Part shown: one piece after another, positions 56,525 through 64,000 of the stretch | Position numbering within the stretch: position 1 is the stretch's first letter | Layout of the letters: each line of letters begins with the position of its first letter | Origin: Bacillota bacterium | GTDB lineage: Bacteria > Bacillota > Clostridia > Christensenellales > UMGS416 | Assembly: GCA_023428265.1 (NCBI GenBank) | Contig: JAEYYW010000013.1 | Span: 1,943 to 65,942 of the forward strand | Length of the DNA: 64,000 nt | Reading direction: 5' to 3' | Translations under genes and position numbers: made by a program | The notes under the pieces: model-generated | The model's database searches: none | Told to the model about the DNA's origin: nothing | What the model saw: the letters and a program-made list of their open reading frames with translations, nothing else

Positions 56525-57210
56525 TGATGCGCATGATTCGGCTCGTTGCGTCGCTCACGGTGGTGCTGTGCCTTTGCCTGAGTTTGGGCATGGCGTCTCC
56601 GGATCCCGGGGGGACATTACGAAAGGGTTCCACCGGCAATGATGTGGTGAAAATTCAAAGCAGGCTGAAACAGTGGGGGTATTATGACGGGCCCGTTGAC
56701 GGTGTGTTTGGACAGGGCACAGAAGACGCGGTCAAATTCTTCCAGAGGCGCAACGGCATTGCCGCCGACGGCATTGTCGGCGACCGCACAGCTGCGGCCA
56801 TCGGCATTACAATCGGCAGCGACGGCGGCTCCTATAAGCCTTCCGGCGGCGGCACATCCAGCGGGGACGTCTATCTGCTTGCCAGAGCTGTCTATGGTGA
56901 GGCAAGGGGCGAGCCCTATGCAGGGCAGGTGGCGGTGGCGGCAGTCATTTTGAACCGCGTGGCCAGCGCCAAATTTCCCAACTCAATTGCCGGCGTGATC
57001 TATCAGCCAGGTGCATTCACCTGTGTTTCCGACGGGCAGATCAACCTCACGCCCAATGAGACGGCCATCAAAGCCGCCCGCGACGCTCTGAACGGATGGG
57101 ATCCAAGCGGCGGGGCAATTTACTATTTCAATCCAAACACGGCCACAAGCGCCTGGATCTGGTCCAGACCGCTGATTGTGGTGATAGGGAGGCATCGCTT
57201 TGCAGCTTGA
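56524..57210 (+). CDS. sleB: Spore cortex-lytic enzyme SleB
   Basis: PG-binding domain (GSTGNDVVKIQSRLKQWGYYDGPVDGVFG) plus hydrolase_2 (VYGEARGEPYAGQVAVAAVILNRV, YYFNPNTATSAWIW). The ATG shares one nucleotide with the spoIIR stop. Confidence 0.85.
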   Translation: MMRMIRLVASLTVVLCLCLSLGMASPDPGGTLRKGSTGNDVVKIQSRLKQWGYYDGPVDGVFGQGTEDAVKFFQRRNGIAADGIVGDRTAAAIGITIGSDGGSYKPSGGGTSSGDVYLLARAVYGEARGEPYAGQVAVAAVILNRVASAKFPNSIAGVIYQPGAFTCVSDGQINLTPNETAIKAARDALNGWDPSGGAIYYFNPNTATSAWIWSRPLIVVIGRHRFAA

Positions 57211-57223
57211 CAGATGGAGAAAT

Positions 57224-58552
57224 ATGCGCAAGAGGGTGCTGCTGCCGGCCCTGCTTGGTATTGCGGCGGTCTCAGCGCTGGCCTGGGGCGTCTATCAGAA
57301 TGCACTCAGAGCCGGATATGAGGCTCAGCTCAAGAACATGTATACCCGGTCTTTCTATGAGCTGGTGAGCAGCATGGACAATGTGCAGGTGGAGCTCTCC
57401 AAGCTCATGGTGTCCAACTCATCCGGCGGCAACATCCAGTTGCTCTCCGACATCTCAGCCAAGGCGGAGAATGCTGTGCAGCAGATTTCCGAGTTGCCGC
57501 TGACTCATCCGGCGCTTTCCAACACGATGGGGCTGGTGTCTTTGACCGGCGATTACTGCCGCAGCCTCCGCAAAAAGGCGTCTGACGGGCACCCGCTGAC
57601 TTCCGATGACATCGCGAAACTCAAGGAGCTCTACAACAGCTGCCTGCAGGTCACCAATGAGCTCAGGAGCATGCAGAATGCCGGAGAGGTGAAGTTCACC
57701 AATCTGAACAACAAAACCTATTATGATGTGGCGCAGAGCGACATGCTCTCGTCCCAGTTCTCAGAGCTGGACAAGGGCACCACCGAATACCCGACATTGA
57801 TTTATGACGGGCCATTCTCTGAGAGCATTCTGAACGCGCAGCCGAAAGGGTTGCCGCAGGGAGATGCCGATGAGACCGGGGCGAAAACCGCTGCGGCAGC
57901 TTTGCTCGGCATGCCGGATACGGGAAACATCACACTGTCCAGTGAGAGCAAGGGCATGATAGACACGTACAACCTGGATGCGACCGACGCATCCGGCCGC
58001 AAGGCGACCGTACAGGTCTCCAAGCAAGGCGGCAAGGTGCTTCAGATGATCATGGATACAGCGACGGTCACGCCGGCTCTCACTGCTGACGAATGCGCGG
58101 CCAGGGCAAAAGATTGGCTTTCCGCGCAAGGGTTCGGCGCAATGGCCGCAACCTTTCAACAGCAATACAGCGGCACTCTGGTCATCAACTTCGCTGCTGT
58201 GCAGGATAACACCTTGCTCTATACCGATCTTGTGAAGGTGAAGGTGAGCATGGATGACGGCCATATCTGCGGGCTTGACGCATCAGGATACTGGATGAAC
58301 CATCTTGCCCGACCCGCGATCACACCCTCCATCACGGAGCAGGATGCCAGAAAGCTTGTTTCCCCCCAACTGCAGATCACCGGCTCGCAACTGGCAATGA
58401 TCCCAACAGCCGGAGGCGGCGAGCAGCTTTGCTGGGAATTCCGCGGCACCTTTGGCGGAGATACATTCTATGTCTATATCGACGCCGTCACCGGTGAGGA
58501 AGCCAACATCTTCAAAATCATCAACACCGAGACGGGAAGCCTTGCGGTCTAA
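57224..58552 (+). CDS. ypeB: Germination protein YpeB
   Basis: N-terminal TM, a YpeB-type helical region colinear with B. subtilis YpeB as I recall it (NMYTRSFYELVSSMDNV...QISELPLT), and C-terminal PepSY-like repeats. Confidence 0.8.
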   Translation: MRKRVLLPALLGIAAVSALAWGVYQNALRAGYEAQLKNMYTRSFYELVSSMDNVQVELSKLMVSNSSGGNIQLLSDISAKAENAVQQISELPLTHPALSNTMGLVSLTGDYCRSLRKKASDGHPLTSDDIAKLKELYNSCLQVTNELRSMQNAGEVKFTNLNNKTYYDVAQSDMLSSQFSELDKGTTEYPTLIYDGPFSESILNAQPKGLPQGDADETGAKTAAAALLGMPDTGNITLSSESKGMIDTYNLDATDASGRKATVQVSKQGGKVLQMIMDTATVTPALTADECAARAKDWLSAQGFGAMAATFQQQYSGTLVINFAAVQDNTLLYTDLVKVKVSMDDGHICGLDASGYWMNHLARPAITPSITEQDARKLVSPQLQITGSQLAMIPTAGGGEQLCWEFRGTFGGDTFYVYIDAVTGEEANIFKIINTETGSLAV

Positions 58553-58569
58553 AACAGGCCAATGCAATG

Positions 58570-58600
58570 AGCCGGGGCATCAAGCCCCCGGCTTTTTTCT
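58570..58600 (+). terminator. Rho-independent terminator after ypeB
   Basis: AGCCGGGG-CATCAAGC-CCCCGGCT followed by TTTTTTC. Confidence 0.75.
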
Positions 58601-58700
58601 TTTATGGTGTCAAATGCTCTGCCCCTTTCATACAATGTATCCAGGTCTTGTTATGACCTTTGGTTGCCGTTCGCAATTTTTGTGGAAGGGTCGTGGCTCC

Positions 58701-59633
58701 ATGCTGTCTTTGGAAGGATTTGTTGAGCAGTCGCTGAGAATCAACCTTGTGTTTTTGCGCATCTCCAAAGAACACTCCTTGTTTCTGGAATCCTCCTTCA
58801 CGCAACGGAATACCAACCTCACGGAAACCGCCGGCTATTTCCGCAGGCAGTTCAACTGGCTTTTGCAGCAGGCGGTCGGCGTGGCTGACGGTGTGCTGCC
58901 GCGGGATGTGCTGGAATCCGGCCAGATCATCACCGTCAACACGCTCAATGCCGAACTGCTCACCCAGAAATATATCGGCACCGTGATCGACACCGCGCTG
59001 ACCAAGCAGGAGGAAATGCTGCAGCCCGGCCCGCACGCATCCATCCACGGCATGCTGGAGCCCCGCATCAACGAGCTGAACCGGCGGGCAATCACAGCCG
59101 CGACCGCGTTGGCCGAGTTTGTGAGGGGGTTGATCGCCGATGTGAAAACATGCCGCCTGTTCATGAATGTTTATCCCCTGCTGATGGACCACATCCTGCG
59201 GGAGACGACACTTCTTATCGGCATGCTGGTCATGCTGCAAAATCGGCAAGACCCCCTGGACCAAAACCTAAGCGCTCAGGAAGCATTCTGGAACCGGGTT
59301 TTGGGTGACCACGCGGCGTTCACACGGGGGATGCTGGATCCCACGGAGGAAGTTTTGATCAGCACCTCAAACCAGTTCAGCCTTGAGTTCTATAAGCTGG
59401 CCGATGCGGCCGCACAGGCATCATCCGCTCCGGCAGTTGCGGGCGCCGTGACCGGGCAAAGTCTTCAGGCAGCCAAAGACATCCGGGACTTTGATCTGGC
59501 AGGCACGCGGGGTCTGCTGCAGTGCCGCATCCTTTCGATGCTGATCCCGCTGATGGCGGATCATGATGCGCGCGAAGCAAATTATTACATATATCAAATT
59601 GAGAACGGAGCGGGGGATGGCACAGGCTTTTAG
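58701..59633 (+). CDS. DUF2935 family protein
   Basis: Internal ATG at 58701. It is a two-repeat helical protein with ISKEHSLFLESSF and FWNRVLGDHAAFTRGMLDPTEE, as I recall for DUF2935. Confidence 0.7.
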   Translation: MLSLEGFVEQSLRINLVFLRISKEHSLFLESSFTQRNTNLTETAGYFRRQFNWLLQQAVGVADGVLPRDVLESGQIITVNTLNAELLTQKYIGTVIDTALTKQEEMLQPGPHASIHGMLEPRINELNRRAITAATALAEFVRGLIADVKTCRLFMNVYPLLMDHILRETTLLIGMLVMLQNRQDPLDQNLSAQEAFWNRVLGDHAAFTRGMLDPTEEVLISTSNQFSLEFYKLADAAAQASSAPAVAGAVTGQSLQAAKDIRDFDLAGTRGLLQCRILSMLIPLMADHDAREANYYIYQIENGAGDGTGF

Positions 59634-59640
59634 GGAGGGA

Positions 59641-59662
59641 GAGGAGAGCCGGTGCTCTCCTC
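59641..59662. terminator. GC-rich hairpin between convergent DUF2935 gene and a small ORF (no U-tract)
   Basis: GAGGAGAGC-CGGT-GCTCTCCTC, a 9-bp perfect stem. Confidence 0.4.
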
Positions 59663-59667
59663 CGCAG

Positions 59668-59793
59668 TCATTTCGGGGCTCTCATGTTGCTGCGGTAAAA
59701 ACCCTTTGGCATTCTCACAGCATCCCCTGGCAGGAGCTTGCTTTTGGACGATGTGTTCTTTCCGTCTGGTTTGACCGATTTGATCAGCCTCAT
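59668..59793 (-). CDS. Hypothetical 41-aa basic protein (unvalidated small ORF)
   Basis: My own translation is MRLIKSVKPDGKNTSSKSKLLPGDAVRMPKGFYRSNMRAPK. GGGGTGA lies 4 nt before the ATG. The ORF ends 5 nt before the hairpin and is below the ORF-track length cut-off. Confidence 0.25.
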   Translation of the reverse strand: MRLIKSVKPDGKNTSSKSKLLPGDAVRMPKGFYRSNMRAPK

Positions 59794-59895
59794 GGTATCA
59801 CCCCGTGTTATTTTGCTGCTTCAGGTGGTTTTTCATGCTCCTGACGGTGAGATATAAGCATCTGTGCAACCAAACATACTATGCACGCTGTAACC

Positions 59896-59923
59896 TTGAC
59901 AAATCAGCCTGTGCGGCTAGAAT
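59896..59923 (+). promoter_or_regulatory. Candidate promoter of the membrane acyltransferase gene
   Basis: TTGACA (59896-59901), a 16-nt spacer, then TAGAAT (59918-59923). Confidence 0.5.
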
Positions 59924-59956
59924 AATGTAAATTATGCGCAACCATGGGGGCAGTTT

Positions 59957-62011
59957 GTGGACACAGCGTTGAGCAAAGCCAGAGTGTATCACTACCGGAG
60001 CTTGCTGGATTTTCTGATCCGGCGGCTTCCTGGGTTTGGTTCGTTTGTGTTCACGCTGTTGGTTTCCCGGCAGCTCACCGGCTTTGCGTTTTATGCCGGC
60101 ATCTGGTTTATGACCGGCCAGGTCTGCCTGATGTGCGCGGAGGCTTTCTATTCCGGCGACAAGAGGCTTTTTACCAAAAAAAGAAAGACGGTCTATCTCC
60201 TCACAACCGCAACAGCCGTGGCTGTTTGCGCGGCGGCCACGGCCGTGTTCCTTGGCAGCATCAAGCCGGGGGCGGCGCTGGCATTGTTTGTGTTTGTGAT
60301 CAATCAGCTTGCGGGGGTTGCGCTGCTGGAAGGCTCCATGCTGTTTCCTGTGACCGAGCGCCAGCGCCTGGCGGTCAACCTGGCCGGCTTTTCGGTGGTG
60401 TCTGCCGCGGCGCTGCTGGTGTGCCGCTTTGTTGCGCTGCAAGCCATCCCCTGGCAGATGATCGCCTATGATGGCACCTTTTTGCTGTTTCTGTGCCTCA
60501 AGGCAGTATTGACGCCTCACCATGGTGGCCCCCGGTCTGAGGCAGACATTGCCGGGCTTGATCAAATGGAAAGCATTTACGCCTACCGCCAATATCGGGG
60601 GATGGCAGCCAACGTGTTGGCCGGCATCGAGACCACAATATTGCTCCTGACTTGTTATGCTCTGTCTGTTTCTTTGGACAGCGGCGCCAATGTGCTGCTG
60701 GACAGTGCCAGGATGCTGGCTGTGTTTGGCGTGGGCATGTGGGCATGCCGGGCGCTGATGCATGGTGACCGCATCAAGTCGATGGGCACAAACATCGCTT
60801 TCATCCTGTTCTCACTGCTTTGGATCACCCTGAACATCTACACCTATCGGCATCCGAACGTCCTGCAGGGCAATAACCTGCTCCTGCCGCTTGCTCTGGT
60901 GAGCCTGTGCATGGCGGCTCTCTCCACCGTGCTTCTGAATATGGACCGTTATATGGCTGCCATCGGTGAGCTGGGCCATCTGGGGCTCACCCCTGACCGG
61001 TATGCGGTTTTCAAAAACACGGTGTTTCACAGCGGCGCAATCCTTTCCAGAGGGGTGCTGGTGCTGGTGATGGCCGCGGCCACACTGTATTTCGGCTTGT
61101 TTTCCACCAGCGACTACATCGCGGCGGCAATGCTTGTGAGGCACAAGCTGGTGATCATTCCGCTGGCCTTCCTGCTGCCGGCCGCGTTGTCCGCACTGCG
61201 CCAGCCGCTCACCCGGTATTATGAGGAAAAGCTTGGCCGCTTTGCCAGCCAGAAAGTCGGTGGAGCCGTGAGCAAAGCGCTGGAGCAGCGGCTGCTGCTG
61301 TCGCTGGTTCGCAAAGGCGGCAAGCGCATCGGAATCGTGCTGCTCAAAGCGGTGGTCAAGCCCTTCGTCACCCTCAAGCGGATCAACGCTTCCTTTGTGG
61401 ATCCCAAGCGGTTCCCCTGTGTGTTTGTGTGCAATCACGCCGAGGTGTTTGGCCCCATTGCCGCCACGGTCAATATCCCATACTTCAACCGGCCCTGGAT
61501 CATCCAGGAGATGGTGGATGCAGACAAGATTGCCGCCCATATGCAGACCGGTTTTGATCATGCCTTGTGGATCCCAGCGCCGGTTCGGAGCCGCCTGGGC
61601 CGCCTCTTCGGGCCGTTTATTCTTTGGGTAATGCGGTCGATGGACCCGATCCCGGTGTATCGCAATAACATCAAGGACATTATGAAGACCATCTCGCTGA
61701 GCGTGGAAGCTCTCGAAGCGGAAGATAACATTCTGATATTTCCGGAGAACCCCTTTGCCACCGGAAACCGCTATGTGGTGGACGGCGTCGGTGAATTCTT
61801 TGAGGGTTTTGTGCATATCGCAAAGACATACTACCGCGACACAGGGAAACCGCTTGTGTTCTACAGCGTGTATGTGAGCCAGAAGGCACGCACGATCTGC
61901 TTTTCAGAGGGCATTGAGTTCAATCCTGATGCGCCGTTTGGTGAGGAACGAGACCGCGTGTGCGGCCATCTGCATCAAGAGATGGTGCGCATGCACCGCG
62001 AACAGGGGTAA
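59957..62011 (+). CDS. Polytopic membrane domain fused to a PlsC/LPLAT-type acyltransferase domain
   Basis: GTG start after GGGGG. About 440 aa with 10-12 hydrophobic segments, then CVFVCNHAEVFGP (HX4D-like block with G at the D position) and ILIFPENP (block III-like). Confidence 0.75.
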   Translation: MDTALSKARVYHYRSLLDFLIRRLPGFGSFVFTLLVSRQLTGFAFYAGIWFMTGQVCLMCAEAFYSGDKRLFTKKRKTVYLLTTATAVAVCAAATAVFLGSIKPGAALALFVFVINQLAGVALLEGSMLFPVTERQRLAVNLAGFSVVSAAALLVCRFVALQAIPWQMIAYDGTFLLFLCLKAVLTPHHGGPRSEADIAGLDQMESIYAYRQYRGMAANVLAGIETTILLLTCYALSVSLDSGANVLLDSARMLAVFGVGMWACRALMHGDRIKSMGTNIAFILFSLLWITLNIYTYRHPNVLQGNNLLLPLALVSLCMAALSTVLLNMDRYMAAIGELGHLGLTPDRYAVFKNTVFHSGAILSRGVLVLVMAAATLYFGLFSTSDYIAAAMLVRHKLVIIPLAFLLPAALSALRQPLTRYYEEKLGRFASQKVGGAVSKALEQRLLLSLVRKGGKRIGIVLLKAVVKPFVTLKRINASFVDPKRFPCVFVCNHAEVFGPIAATVNIPYFNRPWIIQEMVDADKIAAHMQTGFDHALWIPAPVRSRLGRLFGPFILWVMRSMDPIPVYRNNIKDIMKTISLSVEALEAEDNILIFPENPFATGNRYVVDGVGEFFEGFVHIAKTYYRDTGKPLVFYSVYVSQKARTICFSEGIEFNPDAPFGEERDRVCGHLHQEMVRMHREQG

Positions 62012-62122
62012 TGAAATGAGGAAACGCTGTTGTTGGGCGAATCAGGAATTCGTCTTGACAAGGGTGGGGTAACTATGTTAGTTTAATGCAAATATGTGCA
62101 TAAATATCCATCGGAGGAACAG

Positions 62123-63370
62123 ATGCCGCGCTATTATTATACGGAACAAACAAATTTCTATGGAAACAGCAACCCCAGCAAGCTCGTGGAGCAATACGGC
62201 AGCCCCCTCTATGTTTACAACGAGGCGATCCTCCGAAAGTGCTGCCGGGATATGAAGAATCTGGTGCCTGTGGAGGGGTTTACCGCCGACTACTCGATCA
62301 AGGCCAACGCCAACCTGCATATTCTGGAAATTGTGCGCGAGGAAGGCCTTGATGCCGATGCGATGTCGCCCGGAGAAATCCATGTGCTGCTAAAAGCGGG
62401 CTTCTCACCGGAGCAGATCCTGTTTGTGTGCAACAACGTCTCAGCGGAAGAGATGGCCTTTGCCGTGGAGCGCGGCGTCACCGTCAGCGTGGATTCCCTG
62501 ATGCAACTGGAAACCTATGGGAAGCGCTTTCCCGGCACAAAGGTGGCCGTGCGCTTCAACACCGGTTATGGCGCGGGCCATCACGAAAAGGTTGTAACCG
62601 CCGGCAAAAAGACCAAGTTCGGCATCAATGACGACAAGGCCGGCCAGGTAGAGGCGCTCCTCAAAAAATACAACCTGCACCTGTGCGGCATTAACCAGCA
62701 CATCGGCTCGCTCTTTATGGAGGAAAGCGCCTATGTGGCCAGCTGTGAGGCGCTGCTGGATTTGGCGCAGCGCTTTGAGGGACTTGAGTTTGTGGACATG
62801 GGCGGCGGCTTCGGCATTCCTTACCGGAAGCAGGACGGTGAGCGCCAGTTGGAGTTGAAGCCTTTTGCCGACCGCATCGGCAATGCCATTGCCGACTTCA
62901 AGGCCCGTTACGGCGGCGGCAGGATGAAATTCAAGACAGAGCCCGGCCGCTATGTGGTGGCCGAATGCTGCGTGCTGCTGGGCACCGTGCATTCCATCAA
63001 GGATAACAATGAAGTTGCATATGTTGGCACCGATCTGGGCTTCAACGTGCTGCAGCGGCCGGTGATGTATGATTCGCACCACGACATTGAGGTTTATCAT
63101 GGCGGGAAACTGACCGATGAGGGCCGTCAGACCGTCACGGTGGTGGGCAATATCTGTGAAAGCGGCGACAAACTGGCGGTGGACCGCACTCTGCCCTTCA
63201 TCCGGCAGGGCGACCTGCTTGGTGTAATGGATGCCGGTGCTTATGGCTACTCAATGGCATCCAACTACAACAACCGCCTGAGGCCGGCGGAATTGATGAT
63301 CGGCCTGGATGGCGGAGACCGGCTGATCCGCCGGCGAGACACTCTGGAGGATCTGATGAGGGGTTTCTAG
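62123..63370 (+). CDS. lysA: Diaminopimelate decarboxylase
   Basis: The ATG at 62123 follows GGAGGA. Motifs are YGSPLYVY, YSIKAN (PLP-Lys), MGGGFGIPY, EPGRY, CESGD and GAYGYSMASNYNNRLRPAE. Confidence 0.85.
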   Translation: MPRYYYTEQTNFYGNSNPSKLVEQYGSPLYVYNEAILRKCCRDMKNLVPVEGFTADYSIKANANLHILEIVREEGLDADAMSPGEIHVLLKAGFSPEQILFVCNNVSAEEMAFAVERGVTVSVDSLMQLETYGKRFPGTKVAVRFNTGYGAGHHEKVVTAGKKTKFGINDDKAGQVEALLKKYNLHLCGINQHIGSLFMEESAYVASCEALLDLAQRFEGLEFVDMGGGFGIPYRKQDGERQLELKPFADRIGNAIADFKARYGGGRMKFKTEPGRYVVAECCVLLGTVHSIKDNNEVAYVGTDLGFNVLQRPVMYDSHHDIEVYHGGKLTDEGRQTVTVVGNICESGDKLAVDRTLPFIRQGDLLGVMDAGAYGYSMASNYNNRLRPAELMIGLDGGDRLIRRRDTLEDLMRGF

Positions 63371-63400
63371 GAAGATTCCAGCCCCGTGAACGCATATGCC

Positions 63401-63437
63401 GGACAGGCGCCGTTGCCTGTCCGTTTTCTGTATTTTT
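63401..63437 (+). terminator. Rho-independent terminator after lysA
   Basis: GGACAGGC-GCCGTT-GCCTGTCC followed by GTTTTCTGTATTTTT. Confidence 0.85.
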
Positions 63438-63482
63438 CCCCGGATGCTTCAATCCGGAATCGTTTGATGATATACTAGGGCC

Positions 63483-64000
63483 ATGCGGAATAAAATGACG
63501 GAATCTGCCAGCCATACGCGGCAGAGAGCCCGCCTGGAAACGATTCGAAGCACAGACAAACGTCTGCACCGGTTCGTTTGGCTGCCGGTCATCGTTGTGG
63601 CCGCGGGCCTGTTGGTTGCTGTGGCAACCCGGATGTCAGGCTGGTGGGGCGTGGGGGGTGCCACCCTGACCGCAGAGCCCACCGATCACGCTACACCGGT
63701 CTCCTCTGGCTTGACCACACCCCCTCAGTCACCGACTCTTCCCACACAGAGCACCATACCGGCACCGTCGGATACGCCGGCGATGGTCGCGCCGCAGCCG
63801 GTGATGAACCCGGCAGGGGCAACCATTGAGGATCGGTTTCTGCCACCCGCCGGATTTCAGCGGGTTGCGGTGCAGCCGGGGTCCTATGCCGAATATCTGC
63901 GCAGTTATCCGCTGCGCCCGGACGGAACCCACGTGAAATTTTACGACGGGGCCGTCAAGCCGGACAATGCCTATCTGGCCGTGGCCGACATGGATCTGCG
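63483..64000 (+). CDS. Membrane-anchored extracytoplasmic protein, 3' end outside window (possibly DUF4846-like)
   Basis: My own translation from ATG 63483 runs stop-free to the window edge, so the gene is absent from the ORF track. It has one TM (FVWLPVIVVAAGLLVAVA) and a Pro/Thr/Ser linker, followed by ATIEDRFLPPAGFQRVAVQPGSYAEYLRSYPL. The family assignment is from memory only. Confidence 0.5.
   Translation, partial: MRNKMTESASHTRQRARLETIRSTDKRLHRFVWLPVIVVAAGLLVAVATRMSGWWGVGGATLTAEPTDHATPVSSGLTTPPQSPTLPTQSTIPAPSDTPAMVAPQPVMNPAGATIEDRFLPPAGFQRVAVQPGSYAEYLRSYPLRPDGTHVKFYDGAVKPDNAYLAVADMDL

Noticed and set aside
59563-59844. 93-aa plus-strand ORF spanning the DUF2935 3' end and the downstream gap.
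   Set aside because: It overlaps the well-supported DUF2935 frame, lacks an RBS, and runs through the GC hairpin, so it is probably spurious.
62086-62101. Imperfect 16-bp palindrome ATGCAAATATGTGCAT upstream of lysA, and the question of a lysine riboswitch.
   Set aside because: The spacer (62012-62122) is far too short and lacks L-box features. The palindrome has two mismatches and I could not place a convincing promoter around it, so an operator role is unsupported.
1-64000. Window-wide look for CRISPR arrays, transposases, integrases, phage genes, toxin-antitoxin pairs, restriction-modification or other defence systems, and rRNA/tRNA genes.
   Set aside because: I found no regularly spaced repeats, none of the ORF translations show the corresponding hallmark motifs, and every intergenic gap over 150 bp is accounted for by promoters, terminators, the T-box or the elements reported above.

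Overview
This 64-kb window looks like chromosomal backbone from a high-GC, spore-forming Firmicute. I infer a Clostridia / Oscillospiraceae-like organism from gene content, GGAGG-type ribosome-binding sites and the sporulation genes. All calls come from reading the translations and the DNA; no database search was run. I support about 55 protein genes, no rRNA or tRNA genes, no CRISPR array and no recognisable mobile element. Gene content in order: a biotin-dependent carboxyltransferase cluster; a nuclease-helicase fusion; efp; KDG-pathway genes eda-kdgK; pepF; manA; addBA; surE; two ABC exporter pairs; an EAL-HDOD protein; a serine-palmitoyltransferase-like alpha-oxoamine synthase divergent from an SDR; a tripartite MacB-type transporter; DUF368; adhE; argB-argD-argF plus a GNAT; araD; T-box-controlled serS; a spoIIR-sleB-ypeB germination cluster; a membrane-acyltransferase fusion; and lysA. 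The observations most worth following up are: (1) an isolated cluster of DnaA boxes inside a 3' UTR at 29.43-29.53 kb, far from any dnaA gene; (2) the SPT-like synthase/SDR pair next to a MacB-type exporter whose second ATPase carries an AbrB/SpoVT-like C-terminal domain; (3) a biotin-enzyme operon that mixes decarboxylase-type and transcarboxylase-type subunits; and (4) a GNAT translationally coupled to argF. I found no clear-cut new multi-gene system such as a defence island. The candidates above are hypotheses that need homology searches to test.
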